DNA from: a virus
Taxonomy: Duplodnaviria > Caudoviricetes
Virus record (IMG/VR): IMGVR_UViG_3300031784_000003
Reading direction: 5' to 3' (one strand)
DNA: 64,000 nt
In this document: positions 45,771 to 56,651 of the stretch, piece by piece
Layout: each line of letters begins with the position of its first letter
Position numbering within the stretch: the first letter of the stretch is position 1
Notes under the pieces: model-generated
What the model was told of the DNA's origin: nothing
Seen by the model: the letters and a program-made list of their open reading frames with translations, nothing else
Database searches by the model: none
Translations under genes and position numbers: made by a program

Positions 45771-45796
45771 AACCCTCTTAGTGAGGGTTTTTTTTT
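45771..45796 (+). terminator. intrinsic terminator
   Basis: AACCCTC-TTAGT-GAGGGTT followed by T run. Confidence 0.8.
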
Positions 45797-45873
45797 AACA
45801 TAATTTGACAATTTAATTTTTTTTTAGTATACTTTTACCAAATTTAAATAACAAAATATGATTAGAAAGATTA

Positions 45874-46311
45874 ATGAAATTAGGAAAAGAGATAAAATTA
45901 GATTTATTAGAAAATTATAAAACTAAAATAGGGACAGTTAACAACAAAGAATCAAAAAGTTTATATTTAAACTTTACCGCTTGGGGGGAAATATTAGAAG
46001 ATAATAAAGAACAAAATTATGACACTTTTTTAAGTGGTGTCAGAAAAAAAATAAAACAAAACTTAAACAACAATCTCGATAAAAATTTATTCTTTAATGA
46101 TAGGTATATCGTAGATTTAGATATGAGAACTTCAGGATTCAACATAAATAAAAGGAGTTTTATGTCGTGTGAAATCACACTATTCCAGAAAAAGAATCTA
46201 CCTATCAATCAAACAATAATACTTGAAAATTCAAAAAACATTATTTATGATGTAATAAATAATTGTTTTGAAGGTAATAACGTTTTTAAATTTCATAAGT
46301 CTAAAAAATAA
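45874..46311 (+). CDS. hypothetical protein, 145 aa
   Basis: Leaderless ORF inserted in the head module. Confidence 0.75.
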   Translation: MKLGKEIKLDLLENYKTKIGTVNNKESKSLYLNFTAWGEILEDNKEQNYDTFLSGVRKKIKQNLNNNLDKNLFFNDRYIVDLDMRTSGFNINKRSFMSCEITLFQKKNLPINQTIILENSKNIIYDVINNCFEGNNVFKFHKSKK

Positions 46312-46357
46312 TCTTTTTACTATAATGATATATTTATATTAAAACTATATCATTATT

Positions 46358-47047
46358 ATGGAAATTTTAAAAAAAAACGATATCAAAAAAAAAGGTATCC
46401 TCATCGAATATGATGCAGGATACATTTCTCCAAAAGATAATAGACATTTTGTAAACGAAGTAAATAAATTAACTCAAGGTCAACCTATAATAGAAGAACC
46501 TTTAGTTGTTTACGCAGTTATGCAAAAATATGGGGTAGAAAATAGAAATGAAAGAGTTTACCCTGAAGCCATTTTACGAAGAGAGGCAGAAAATTATTTA
46601 AAATTAATCAAAGAAAAAAGAGCGTTAGGTGAGGCGGATCATCCAGAATCATCTATAGTTGCGATAAGTAGGATTTCTCACAATGTAGTTGATTTGTGGT
46701 GGGAAGGTAATGTCCTTATGGGTAAATTAGAAATAATTATGTCACCAGGATTTGTCAATCAAGGTATTATTTCTTGTGAGGGTGATAAAGTTGCAAATTA
46801 TATTAGAAAAGGTTTAAAGATTGGTGTTTCTTCCAGAGGTGTTGGGTCATTAGAAAAAGAAAATGGTAGAAATGTTGTACAAGACGATTTTGAATTAATT
46901 TGTTGGGATATCGTTACATCACCATCAACTCCGGGATCTTGGATATATAGTGAAGAACCTTCTAAAGAACAACAAATGTCTGAGTCTACTAATAAGAAAA
47001 ATTCTGATGATTTGAAAAATGGGTTAACTAATTTTTTAATGGATTAA
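46358..47047 (+). CDS. prohead maturation protease (T4 gp21-like)
   Basis: NRNERVYP, ALGEADHP, GVSSRGVGSL, WDIVTSPS. Confidence 0.93.
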   Translation: MEILKKNDIKKKGILIEYDAGYISPKDNRHFVNEVNKLTQGQPIIEEPLVVYAVMQKYGVENRNERVYPEAILRREAENYLKLIKEKRALGEADHPESSIVAISRISHNVVDLWWEGNVLMGKLEIIMSPGFVNQGIISCEGDKVANYIRKGLKIGVSSRGVGSLEKENGRNVVQDDFELICWDIVTSPSTPGSWIYSEEPSKEQQMSESTNKKNSDDLKNGLTNFLMD

Positions 47048-47146
47048 TAAAAAAAATTAAACTTTTTAAAAAACTAGCATATTTATAATTAAATGCAAAA
47101 TTTTGCATACATAATAATTTAATAATAAAAAATTAAAAAAAGAAAA

Positions 47147-48454
47147 ATGGCTGAAAAAAAGAAATCTATCATCGAAGAGGCTTTGCTAGAAGCTAAGTCC
47201 TTAGAGGATGCCTTAAAAGCCAACACGAAAGAAATGCTTTCGGCACACTTGTCGAAAGAAATTGAGAGTATCGTTGAGTCGTCTTTAAAAGAAGAAGATG
47301 AAGAATTAGATGACGATGCTAATTTAAAAGGATCCGAAGATGAGAATGAGGTTGAGTTAGATCTTGACGATGAAGAAAGTACCGAAGAACCAGAAGAAGA
47401 GTTAGATCTTGATTCTTTAGAAAATTCAGAAGAACCAGTTGATTTAGATTTAGATGTTGATTTAGATTTAGATGCTAATGAGGAAGATGAAGATGAGGAA
47501 GAAGAAGATTTTAATCTTAATTTAGGTTTAGAACCTGGTGACGATGAGGAAGTGTTAGACTTAACAGGTGCTTCAGACGAAGAGGTTATCCATGTGTTTA
47601 AAAACAAATTAGGGGATAACGATGAAGTTGAGGTGGTTAAAGATCCAAGTGGTGGTATTCATTTAACAGATAACGAAACAGGAGTAGAGTATTACATTAA
47701 GGAATCTATGGGAGATAGATTTGGTTTTGAGGAAGAAGATGAAGAAGAAGAAAAAGAGTATTGCTCTGAATGTGGGTCAGGATCAATGTATGAAAATGAT
47801 GAAACAATTTATGAAATTCATTTAGACGAAGATTCTCCAATGTATGAAATGTTTAAGGATAAAACCGAAGAAAACTATGATGCAATGGGTGAAGGGGCTT
47901 ACATTGATGAGGAAGATACACTTGATGAGGACAGATTGCAAAGACACAGAAGAAGTGGTGGAAAACAAAGATATCACGGAGCTAGATTTGCAGCAAGAGA
48001 ATCTAAAAATGTTCGTAAACCTTTAATCACTAAAAAACCAAACACAGACACAGTTTCCGAGTCAAAAATAATTAAAGAATATAGAGAGCTTAAAGCTAAA
48101 AATGAAGAATATAAAAAGGCTCTTAATATATTCAAAGACAAACTTAATGAAGTTGCTTTATTTAATACCAACTTAGCGTATGTTAATAGATTGTTCACAG
48201 AACATTCTACAACAAAGAATGAAAAGATGGATATTTTAAAAAGATTTGATAATGCAGAAACTATTAAAGAATCTAAAAATATTTATAAAACGATAAAAAC
48301 TGAGTTGGATAATAAAAAACCAATTAATGAGTCTGTTCAAAATAAAGTTAATAAAACAGTAAAATCTTATAATACTAATAATTTGAACGAATCAACTGCA
48401 TATGTTGATCCACAAATTACGGCTATTAAAGATTTGATGAGAAGAATCTCATAA
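47147..48454 (+). CDS. prohead scaffold/core protein (gp22-like)
   Basis: Very acidic plus coiled coil, between protease and capsid; PINESV (48323) and NLNEST (48383). Confidence 0.8.
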   Translation: MAEKKKSIIEEALLEAKSLEDALKANTKEMLSAHLSKEIESIVESSLKEEDEELDDDANLKGSEDENEVELDLDDEESTEEPEEELDLDSLENSEEPVDLDLDVDLDLDANEEDEDEEEEDFNLNLGLEPGDDEEVLDLTGASDEEVIHVFKNKLGDNDEVEVVKDPSGGIHLTDNETGVEYYIKESMGDRFGFEEEDEEEEKEYCSECGSGSMYENDETIYEIHLDEDSPMYEMFKDKTEENYDAMGEGAYIDEEDTLDEDRLQRHRRSGGKQRYHGARFAARESKNVRKPLITKKPNTDTVSESKIIKEYRELKAKNEEYKKALNIFKDKLNEVALFNTNLAYVNRLFTEHSTTKNEKMDILKRFDNAETIKESKNIYKTIKTELDNKKPINESVQNKVNKTVKSYNTNNLNESTAYVDPQITAIKDLMRRIS

Positions 48455-48492
48455 TAAATAATAATAAAATAACAAAACAAAAAAAATAAAAA

Positions 48493-50232
48493 ATGGGACA
48501 TTTGTTAAATTCTGGTGAAGTCGGTAATATTGGACTTGAGCACCTAAAGCAAATTAGATCTAAAACTATTACTAAATGGAATTCATTAGGATTCTTAGAT
48601 GGTTTAAAAGGTCATATTAAAGAGAACATCGCACAGTTGTATGAAAACCAAGCGTCTGCTCTATTGAACGAATCAACTGATGCTGGTTCTTCTGGATCAT
48701 TCGAAACAGTTGTTTTCCCAATTGTAAGAAGAGTATTCTCTAAATTATTGGCTAACGACATCGTATCGGTACAAGCGATGAACATGCCAATCGGTAAATT
48801 ATTCTATTTCGTACCTAAAACATCTAACGGTTCATTTGACTTAAATGGTAATGCAACTAACGGTTCTTTACCTGAATGTGTTGTATCTGGATGTGGTGTT
48901 ACGGTAACTGAATTTAGAGCAAAAAATCTTTACGATTTATTTTACAATGATGGATTATTTGACGCATCTAAAGGTAAAAAAACAGTTTATAATGGTGGTT
49001 TAAGACCAGTAGTTTTAAATTCTGATGGTGAAAAAGTTACTACTGCATTTGCTAGTCAACCAAAAGCGGCTGATGGTTCATTTAGAAACCTTAAAGCGGC
49101 TATCACTGGTTTTTCTTCAACAAACGCTGGTAGATTAACTGGACCAGACGGAAATGAGATGGATACTGAATCTTTCTTAGCGTCATTAACACTTACTTCT
49201 GATAACGCAATCTTAGATAAAGATGGTAAAACTATCATTAGTGCTGGTGGTGTAGTTCCTTTCAGATTAGTAAGTCAAAAATATGGTAGAGGTATCGTAG
49301 ATTACACTAACATTTGTAGTCCTGATGGAGAACTTTTGGTAGAGTTAGATTTAACTCACCCAGCATGTATCGATTGTGGTTCTTCTAACTTTGATGGTTA
49401 TATTGGAGCTGCTAGTGGTACATCATTTACAGGTTTATCTGTATCTTGGTCTAGATATGAAACATTAGAATTCGCTACAGAAATGGGTGAAGTATCTTTT
49501 GAATTAGATGAGGTAGTTGTATCGGTTACTGAAAGAAAACTAAGAGCTACTTGGTCTCCTGAATTAGCACAAGACGTTAGTGCATTCCATAACATTGATG
49601 CTGAGGCTGAACTTACGGCTTTATTGTCTGAGCAGGTTGCTGCTGAGATCGATAGAGAGATCTTAAGAGATTTAAGAAAAGGAGCGGCTTGGCAATTGAG
49701 ATGGGATTACAACGGATGGAAAAGAGCTAATAACGGTGGTGGTTTCAACGCATACACTCAAAAAGAGTGGAATCAAACGTTGATTACTAAAGTTAACCAA
49801 ATCTCTGCTCAAATCCATAAATCAACTTTGAGAGGTGGAGCAAACTTTATCGTTGTTTCTTCTGAAGTATCAGCAATTTTCGATGATTTAGAATACTTCC
49901 ACGTATCAAACGCTTCTCCAGAGCAAGATCAATACAATATGGGTATTGAGAAAATTGGTTCATTAGGTGGTAGATATACTGTGTATAGAGATCCATACGC
50001 ACCAGCTAACTCAATAATCATTGGACATAAAGGTAAGTCATTGTTAGATACAGGGTACATTTACGCACCTTACGTACCTCTTCAATTGACTCCAACATTA
50101 CAAAATCCATTCAACTTCGCACCTACTAAGGGTATCATGACGAGATACGCTAAGAAAATGGTGAACAACAGATTCTACGGAACTGTTACTGTTGACGGAG
50201 TTGTAACTTTTGATTTAAATGAATTAAGATAA
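48493..50232 (+). CDS. major capsid protein (T4 gp23-like)
   Basis: VQAMNMPIGKLFY, RKLRATWSPELAQD, EIDREI, YAPYVPL, GIMTRY. Confidence 0.96.
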   Translation: MGHLLNSGEVGNIGLEHLKQIRSKTITKWNSLGFLDGLKGHIKENIAQLYENQASALLNESTDAGSSGSFETVVFPIVRRVFSKLLANDIVSVQAMNMPIGKLFYFVPKTSNGSFDLNGNATNGSLPECVVSGCGVTVTEFRAKNLYDLFYNDGLFDASKGKKTVYNGGLRPVVLNSDGEKVTTAFASQPKAADGSFRNLKAAITGFSSTNAGRLTGPDGNEMDTESFLASLTLTSDNAILDKDGKTIISAGGVVPFRLVSQKYGRGIVDYTNICSPDGELLVELDLTHPACIDCGSSNFDGYIGAASGTSFTGLSVSWSRYETLEFATEMGEVSFELDEVVVSVTERKLRATWSPELAQDVSAFHNIDAEAELTALLSEQVAAEIDREILRDLRKGAAWQLRWDYNGWKRANNGGGFNAYTQKEWNQTLITKVNQISAQIHKSTLRGGANFIVVSSEVSAIFDDLEYFHVSNASPEQDQYNMGIEKIGSLGGRYTVYRDPYAPANSIIIGHKGKSLLDTGYIYAPYVPLQLTPTLQNPFNFAPTKGIMTRYAKKMVNNRFYGTVTVDGVVTFDLNELR

Positions 50233-50258
50233 TCTTAATTTAAAATAAAGGTAAAAAG

Positions 50259-50290
50259 GGGTAGAAATTTTCTACCCTTTTTTATTTTTT
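50259..50290 (+). terminator. intrinsic terminator after the capsid gene
   Basis: GGGTAGAA-ATT-TTCTACCC followed by T run. Confidence 0.85.
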
Positions 50291-50317
50291 ATAATATTTA
50301 TTATTATATTTGTATCT

Positions 50318-51154
50318 ATGAGAATTAAAAAGAAATACGTATTGTTAGAATCTAGGTTAATAGATGTCACATCAGAATTTACTCCACAAGAAAAAAGAAT
50401 TTTAGAAATGTTATATAAAAAATATGGTGTAAGTACATCAGATTTTAATATGTGGAATGTTGCAATAGAATTAATAGAGGACTTTAATTTAGACTACGAA
50501 ACTGCATATTCTTTAGCGAGAACATTTAGTTGGTCCGCTAGAGAACTATTTTCAGAATTCCAACCAATACGTAAAACTATGCCAGTTTATAAATTATTTT
50601 TTGAGAATATTTCTAATTTAATTGAAAGTTATTCCAAAAATAATGAAAATAATTTTACTGTTAGATTAAAATTTAACGGTGATGTTGGTACAGAATCATT
50701 AGAAAATAGAGAGGTGTCATTAAATTCAGGTTATAGGGGTTTCTATATGTATATACCTCTAGAACAATATATAGAAACAGAATATAGGAGATATTACGTC
50801 ACAGGTGAAGATCATGACTTCAGAACTTTATCTGTATCAATAAATTTTAACCCAATAGATTTAAACGGTGAAATACGTGAATTAAGTTATTTTAGTTCAG
50901 ATGAGAGTGAAGATGTAAATACAGAAGAATTTATGGTATCTGTAAAGTATAGAGACATCACCCAATCTATATATGATGATTCAAGTCAAACAAAATTAAT
51001 GTCATTTAAAGTACCTTACCCTAAACCTTTAACTAAAGAAAATATTTTAAATACATTCGATTCAATTATAAAAGATGTTTTAGAATATATGTCTAATACA
51101 ACATTTGATTTACCTGAAGGGGCAAAACCAATAGATATAAATGATTTAATGTAA
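50318..51154 (+). CDS. leader-bearing hypothetical
   Basis: MRIKKKYVLLES; TATTTATT at 50295 and TATATTTG at 50305. Confidence 0.75.
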   Translation: MRIKKKYVLLESRLIDVTSEFTPQEKRILEMLYKKYGVSTSDFNMWNVAIELIEDFNLDYETAYSLARTFSWSARELFSEFQPIRKTMPVYKLFFENISNLIESYSKNNENNFTVRLKFNGDVGTESLENREVSLNSGYRGFYMYIPLEQYIETEYRRYYVTGEDHDFRTLSVSINFNPIDLNGEIRELSYFSSDESEDVNTEEFMVSVKYRDITQSIYDDSSQTKLMSFKVPYPKPLTKENILNTFDSIIKDVLEYMSNTTFDLPEGAKPIDINDLM

Positions 51155-52552
51155 GTTATCTACCTGACTCACAATATTAAATTTAAGTGTGTTTGTATAT
51201 GTTTTAACTAACTGATTAGATGTTAATTTAATATCTATAAAATATTCGTTAGGTATCATCCAAGAAGTGTCTAATATAAAATAATTTTTTAAATAAGCTC
51301 TATTTACATCTGTCCAATCAATTACATTAACTTGTGTTGGACCTTCCTTAACCCATAATCTGTATTGTAAACCATCAATAACACTTGTCTCATTAACAGT
51401 GTATGGTATTCTAGCGTTTACGAATACTTTTCTTTTATCACCTCTTTTAATTTTTTCATCCCTCATTATACCACTTAAATTTACTAGATATTCTATCGGT
51501 AGTGATTCATTATCACCAAATCTATAATACTCAGTATCATCCTTAACCTCAAACTCTAACGTAACATTAGGTCTAGAAATGTTATTTACTAATATGTTAG
51601 ACCAAGTATCCGTAAAAAGTCCACATTGGGTATTTTGTATAGGTACAGAAAATTCTACATAATACACACCTTTATCTGATTGTTTTACAGTATTACCACT
51701 AAACGATTGGATCGTAGTCCCATTAGAGTCTTTAACTACTACGTTAGGTTTATTATCTAAATTTGTGGGTTCTCCACCTAAATTAGTATAGAAGTATAAT
51801 CTATTATTCTTACCCTTATAAAAGTTTTTTCTATCGTCTTTTATTGTATTGTTACAAATAGTTTCAACGAATGGTTCATAATATGTTTGAGTGTGCTTAG
51901 TAAAAAACCCAACATATTGTGAAGGTACAACTTCTTTAATCTCCAAATCTCTTTCAAATGCTAAACCATAACCATAATTAGTAGACGCACCAGTTATTAA
52001 GTTATTAATTTCATTGGTAATATCCATTTCAATATTTTCATTACCTTTGTCAAAATGTTGTGTGGTGACAGTAATTGCCGAAGGAGAACCAGAATAAACA
52101 CCTGGTTGTGACCAAGTATTTGTAGTAGTAGCATTTAACCAATTACTTGCGGATTGTACAAAAGTTATATCTCCACCATAATCAGCATATCTTATTTGTT
52201 GGTAATCATATCCACAACCCTCATCCCAAAATTGATTCACTCTAAATAATACCAAATCAAATGATGATGTTCTTTGTTTACCATCTAAAAGTTTTTGTGC
52301 TTGTAAATCTCTATCAAAAAATGAAGTGTTTGTCATTTTTAATGTGTGGGTAACACCTGATAAATCACCTAATTCACCATTATTATATTTTTCTTGTAAA
52401 TCAGATACGTCAAAATATAATAAATGTCTAGTGTAGTCAGGTTGAGTTTCTTTACCACCATAATATAATTGTGCAATAGGATTTCTTCCTGTATTAATTT
52501 GAGTACCAAAAATAATTGTATTATTTTTATCTATATAAGTTCTGTATACCAT
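51146..52552 (-). CDS. probable virion structural protein (beta-rich, Ig-like C-terminus)
   Basis: Adjacent to the spike gene; late motif at 52560-52571 (minus); function not assigned. Confidence 0.55.
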   Translation of the reverse strand: MVYRTYIDKNNTIIFGTQINTGRNPIAQLYYGGKETQPDYTRHLLYFDVSDLQEKYNNGELGDLSGVTHTLKMTNTSFFDRDLQAQKLLDGKQRTSSFDLVLFRVNQFWDEGCGYDYQQIRYADYGGDITFVQSASNWLNATTTNTWSQPGVYSGSPSAITVTTQHFDKGNENIEMDITNEINNLITGASTNYGYGLAFERDLEIKEVVPSQYVGFFTKHTQTYYEPFVETICNNTIKDDRKNFYKGKNNRLYFYTNLGGEPTNLDNKPNVVVKDSNGTTIQSFSGNTVKQSDKGVYYVEFSVPIQNTQCGLFTDTWSNILVNNISRPNVTLEFEVKDDTEYYRFGDNESLPIEYLVNLSGIMRDEKIKRGDKRKVFVNARIPYTVNETSVIDGLQYRLWVKEGPTQVNVIDWTDVNRAYLKNYFILDTSWMIPNEYFIDIKLTSNQLVKTYTNTLKFNIVSQVDNLH

Positions 52553-52573
52553 CTCTTTTTATAAATAAATATC

Positions 52574-53878
52574 TTAATTACTATTAATATTCTTATTTAA
52601 AATCTTATTTAAATCAAAACTTAATACATTTGTTGTTACAGTACTTGGATCAGCACTTAATCCGTGATATGGGTGAACATGTAACTCTACATATTTTTTA
52701 ACTAACTGTAAAAATTCTACTAAAATGTCCCCATAAACTAATGGGTGTGCTTCATTATTTATTTTTTGTTGTTCAACATCACTAATTAATTGTTTAGGAT
52801 CAGTTAAATTAAAAGTATGTTCACCATCATGACTAATAAAATTAATTTTATTTGCCACTACATTTATGACACTAGTTTTATCACTTTTATTTTTTTCTAT
52901 TTTTACCTCTTTTATTTTTTTCTTAACCTCAATTGGGGTAGACGTAAAATTAGCAATACCGTTATTACCTTTATAGATGTCTATAATATCATTAGATTTA
53001 GATTTTATTCTCCATCTTTCACCTTTATTTACATCAATAAATGTTTTAGATGCCTCTAAGGCAGAATCCCTAGACGTTGGTCCGATGAATGAATTGGTAT
53101 TACTGAAAGTAATTATTTCTGATCCAGTTTTAGCATCATTTATGACAATACTAACTTCTGTTTTAGCAATATCACTTTTTCTATATGCGTCAGGTGTTAA
53201 ATCACTGGATAATATAATACCAGAATTTGTTATAGTATTTAAAGTTACTGTAATAATTTTATCAGGTTGTTGTTCAACAAATGTAACTATTTCTTTGTCT
53301 ACTAAATTTCTCTTTAATTCTTCACCTCCAAATTTTAATTGAATATATCCTAAAGTCTTATCATTAAATTTATTTTCTGAACCTTCTATTACTTTTCCTG
53401 CCCTTAACCAAATCTGTCTATCTTTTTGTATGATATCCGTATTATATCTACCTTGCAATATAACATCTTCCTCTTCACCATATGCACCTATTTCTAAGTT
53501 AGGATCTTTTAATTTTGTATATCCATCAGGTAATATAGAAAGTGCAGAATTATACGGTTCTCCAACTAATTTAGTCGGTTGGGTAATTAATGGACCAATC
53601 CAAAACCTCTTATTTTTAAATGCTGCCGTTGGAGATGAATCATTATGTTCATATTGAAACACAAAAACACATTCACCCGCCTTAGGTAAAGTCACTAAAT
53701 ATTTTGGTAATAATGGTACACAATCTATTAAGTTTTTATCACTTTCGGTATCGTCAACTCCTGTAATCCTAACTTTAATTCTACCAGATTTGGTAGTATC
53801 TACATTAGATATCACCTCACCAACCCTTAATATTGGAACTACATTAGTATTGGTACTATCAGTATAATAATTATTCAT
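52574..53878 (-). CDS. baseplate hub/spike protein (gp5/VgrG-like OB fold)
   Basis: GEVISNVDTTKSGRIKVRI...LPKAGECVFV; C-terminal HVHPYHG HxH tip motif. Confidence 0.8.
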   Translation of the reverse strand: MNNYYTDSTNTNVVPILRVGEVISNVDTTKSGRIKVRITGVDDTESDKNLIDCVPLLPKYLVTLPKAGECVFVFQYEHNDSSPTAAFKNKRFWIGPLITQPTKLVGEPYNSALSILPDGYTKLKDPNLEIGAYGEEEDVILQGRYNTDIIQKDRQIWLRAGKVIEGSENKFNDKTLGYIQLKFGGEELKRNLVDKEIVTFVEQQPDKIITVTLNTITNSGIILSSDLTPDAYRKSDIAKTEVSIVINDAKTGSEIITFSNTNSFIGPTSRDSALEASKTFIDVNKGERWRIKSKSNDIIDIYKGNNGIANFTSTPIEVKKKIKEVKIEKNKSDKTSVINVVANKINFISHDGEHTFNLTDPKQLISDVEQQKINNEAHPLVYGDILVEFLQLVKKYVELHVHPYHGLSADPSTVTTNVLSFDLNKILNKNINSN

Positions 53879-54069
53879 TAGTCTTCTCCTTTATATCTTT
53901 TTACTAAAATTTTATTACCGTAATAGTAATCTTTTTCCACTGATTCTAATTTTTCAGATAATTTAATTATCCTATCTTTTAGTGCCGTTTGTTCGTGTAA
54001 TAATTCCTCTAACTTCATCTTTATTGATGAATTACTCATATTACTCCAATCAATTATTTTATTTTCCAT
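53878..54069 (-). CDS. small coiled-coil protein
   Basis: In-operon ORF, start at MENK. Confidence 0.65.
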   Translation of the reverse strand: MENKIIDWSNMSNSSIKMKLEELLHEQTALKDRIIKLSEKLESVEKDYYYGNKILVKRYKGED

Positions 54070-54070
54070 A

Positions 54071-54520
54071 TTACCTAGCAATTCCTTCTACTTTAACTGC
54101 TTGTGTGGTTGCACCCTGTACCACTATTGGTCCACCAGCATTACCACCAGTTGCGGTTACTGCAACACCCGGAGGGAAAGCTGCCTCAACCTTCATTTTA
54201 GTATGTATCGCATCAACAATTTCCTCAACACGAATAACTTCCATTTTTAAATCTATATTCTCAGCACCACTAGGTAATGGTGTAATATTAATACCGATTT
54301 CTTTTTTTCTTTCAATAATTCTAGACGCGATATCAATTGCACTTAACCCTTCCCTAAATTTCACACCGATTAAAATTTCTTCCTTAGTAATAGGTGGCAA
54401 TCTTTTTGGTGTTTTAAATGCCTTTTTTAATAATAACGCAATAGTTACTAAAGCACCTGCAATCCCAATATTTTTATAAATGTCACCTTTATTACTATTA
54501 CAACCTTCACTTCCTGCCAT
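54071..54520 (-). CDS. probable baseplate-associated protein
   Basis: C-terminal GVAVTATGGNAGGPIVVQG; operon context. Confidence 0.55.
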   Translation of the reverse strand: MAGSEGCNSNKGDIYKNIGIAGALVTIALLLKKAFKTPKRLPPITKEEILIGVKFREGLSAIDIASRIIERKKEIGINITPLPSGAENIDLKMEVIRVEEIVDAIHTKMKVEAAFPPGVAVTATGGNAGGPIVVQGATTQAVKVEGIAR

Positions 54521-54522
54521 AA

Positions 54523-56229
54523 TTAATCACAAAATCTTCCTTTGTTATTAAATAAATTTAAATTACTCAACGAATCTAAATTAACTTTATCTGTAAATCC
54601 TCTAGCCTTATCTACCACATTTTCCGCTTTACCAAATAAACCTTCAACTGCATTTATGGTGTCATTTACAAAAGGTGGTAATAAACTTCTTTTTGTTTTT
54701 AAATAATTTAAATTAATTTCTTTAATTTTTTTTCTTATTGCACATAATACAATTTCTTTTAGTGCCTTTAATATCATTGGTAATAAAAATTCATAAATAA
54801 TTTTTCTTAGTAAATCACCAATAATCGCAGCAATAATACATTCAAATTCTTTAAGTAATTCTTTTACCCTAACTTTTTTAACAGGTTGTTTATTAACTAA
54901 AAAATAAAACATATTTAGCATCAACAAATTTTTAGGTGATAAAACTATTTTTGTTAATGCCACTTGCAATGCACTAATAAAATTTGCCAAAAATTCTCCA
55001 TTCGCACTATTTTTATCTAAATTTTTTACACCTTCTGATGTTTCTTTAAATAAAGAATCTATTGATCTATTATAAACTTGTATTTTTTCTTGTAAGGTAG
55101 ATGACGATTTTATTGAGTCATCAATTTTTTTTAAAGTCTCAAAAGAAACACTACTCACTTGTTTCCCACAACATTTTTTAAATTGTTTAACACCAGATTT
55201 TTTTTGTTTAACCAACTCTTTTATATTAACAATTTGAGCTGGTGTAAAAGTATAGAAACTTTCATCAAATTCTACATCTGGATTGTCGATACCTTTATCT
55301 ATGTAATCTTCTATCGCCTTTTCAGTTTCAACTACTTTATTAAGACATTCATCAGGTAAACTAACTTTATTAGTTAATGTACCATAAATCAAATCAATTA
55401 CATTAGGAACTACTTTATCAGGATTAAATAATGGATTTTGACTATTAAAATAATCTACTAAAAATGTGATTAATGTTTTATTTTGGTATGTTTTATTAAC
55501 TATTCTAATATTGAATACTCTAGGTCTTGCCTCTATGTTTTGGTAATCGGTAGTACCATCCGTCTCGACAAAAGAAGTCGGACTGTTTTCAAAATATCTT
55601 AGTTCCACAATCTCTTTACCAGAAATCGGATCTTTCCATACTAATGGGTTACCATTATTTTGAATTACATTCCACAAAAAAACATTTATATCGTCTAATT
55701 GTGTTCCATCGTAAAATAATTTACCAGCATTAGAATTAGGATCGACAGAAAATAAACAAGTTAAATCTAGCTTATTAATTTCAATATTAATACCAATTCC
55801 TGGTGTACCAGTATTAGGTATAGGATTACCATTCCCATCATAAACAATTGTTGATGGGTCTGTTACGAATAACCAGTTCGGTATTTGTGGATCGACTTTA
55901 CATGCGTAGCAACATTTAATTAAATCTATCATAGTAATAGATAGATCTTCAGATAATGGACGCAATTGTTCAACTAACCAGTTTATTAATTGCATCCTCA
56001 TTTCATCTATATTTATACCTGAAATTGTTGCCAATATATCATTTAATAAATCAACAACTCTTTGACTAAAATTTAGGTCAGGTATTTCTGGTATTGCAAT
56101 AGGTAAAGATAAATTTGGTAAGTTATTACAGATAGTTTGGTTAAGTGATATTAATTCCATTATCTGTCTTTTAACTCCCCCAATAAAATCTTTAGGTTCA
56201 CAAACAACATTTTTTAATTTAACGCTCAT
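54523..56229 (-). CDS. hypothetical protein, 568 aa, probably structural
   Basis: Long ORF in the late minus-strand operon. Confidence 0.65.
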   Translation of the reverse strand: MSVKLKNVVCEPKDFIGGVKRQIMELISLNQTICNNLPNLSLPIAIPEIPDLNFSQRVVDLLNDILATISGINIDEMRMQLINWLVEQLRPLSEDLSITMIDLIKCCYACKVDPQIPNWLFVTDPSTIVYDGNGNPIPNTGTPGIGINIEINKLDLTCLFSVDPNSNAGKLFYDGTQLDDINVFLWNVIQNNGNPLVWKDPISGKEIVELRYFENSPTSFVETDGTTDYQNIEARPRVFNIRIVNKTYQNKTLITFLVDYFNSQNPLFNPDKVVPNVIDLIYGTLTNKVSLPDECLNKVVETEKAIEDYIDKGIDNPDVEFDESFYTFTPAQIVNIKELVKQKKSGVKQFKKCCGKQVSSVSFETLKKIDDSIKSSSTLQEKIQVYNRSIDSLFKETSEGVKNLDKNSANGEFLANFISALQVALTKIVLSPKNLLMLNMFYFLVNKQPVKKVRVKELLKEFECIIAAIIGDLLRKIIYEFLLPMILKALKEIVLCAIRKKIKEINLNYLKTKRSLLPPFVNDTINAVEGLFGKAENVVDKARGFTDKVNLDSLSNLNLFNNKGRFCD

Positions 56230-56230
56230 A

Positions 56231-56614
56231 TTAATCTACATCATATTCAGTATTCTTATTGTTCGCTTTCTCTTTAAATAGTTCCCTAAGAATATTTTTA
56301 TCTTCTTCAGTAATACCGTTCCCACTCACATTAGTTTCATCCCCATCAGTTTTATTACCTAATATTTGGGACTGTAGTTTTGCTAAAGCAATCTTTTTAT
56401 CAATAGTAGTTTCTAAAATTTTGAGTGTTTCATTATTGACTTTACCTATTTGATACTCATCATTTACATCTTCTATATTGACTCTCACTTTTCTCTCATT
56501 CATTTCCCTACGAGCACTATTCATAATTGTAGTACAATCGTTGTAAATTTCCTGCATTAACTCTTGTAAACTATTCTTATCTAAATTGATTTTAGTTTTT
56601 TTCGGTCTACTCAT
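56231..56614 (-). CDS. hypothetical helical protein
   Basis: TATTTATA on minus strand at 56629-56636. Confidence 0.7.
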   Translation of the reverse strand: MSRPKKTKINLDKNSLQELMQEIYNDCTTIMNSARREMNERKVRVNIEDVNDEYQIGKVNNETLKILETTIDKKIALAKLQSQILGNKTDGDETNVSGNGITEEDKNILRELFKEKANNKNTEYDVD

Positions 56615-56651
56615 ATTAATTCTTTTACTATAAATATCTTATAATAAAATT

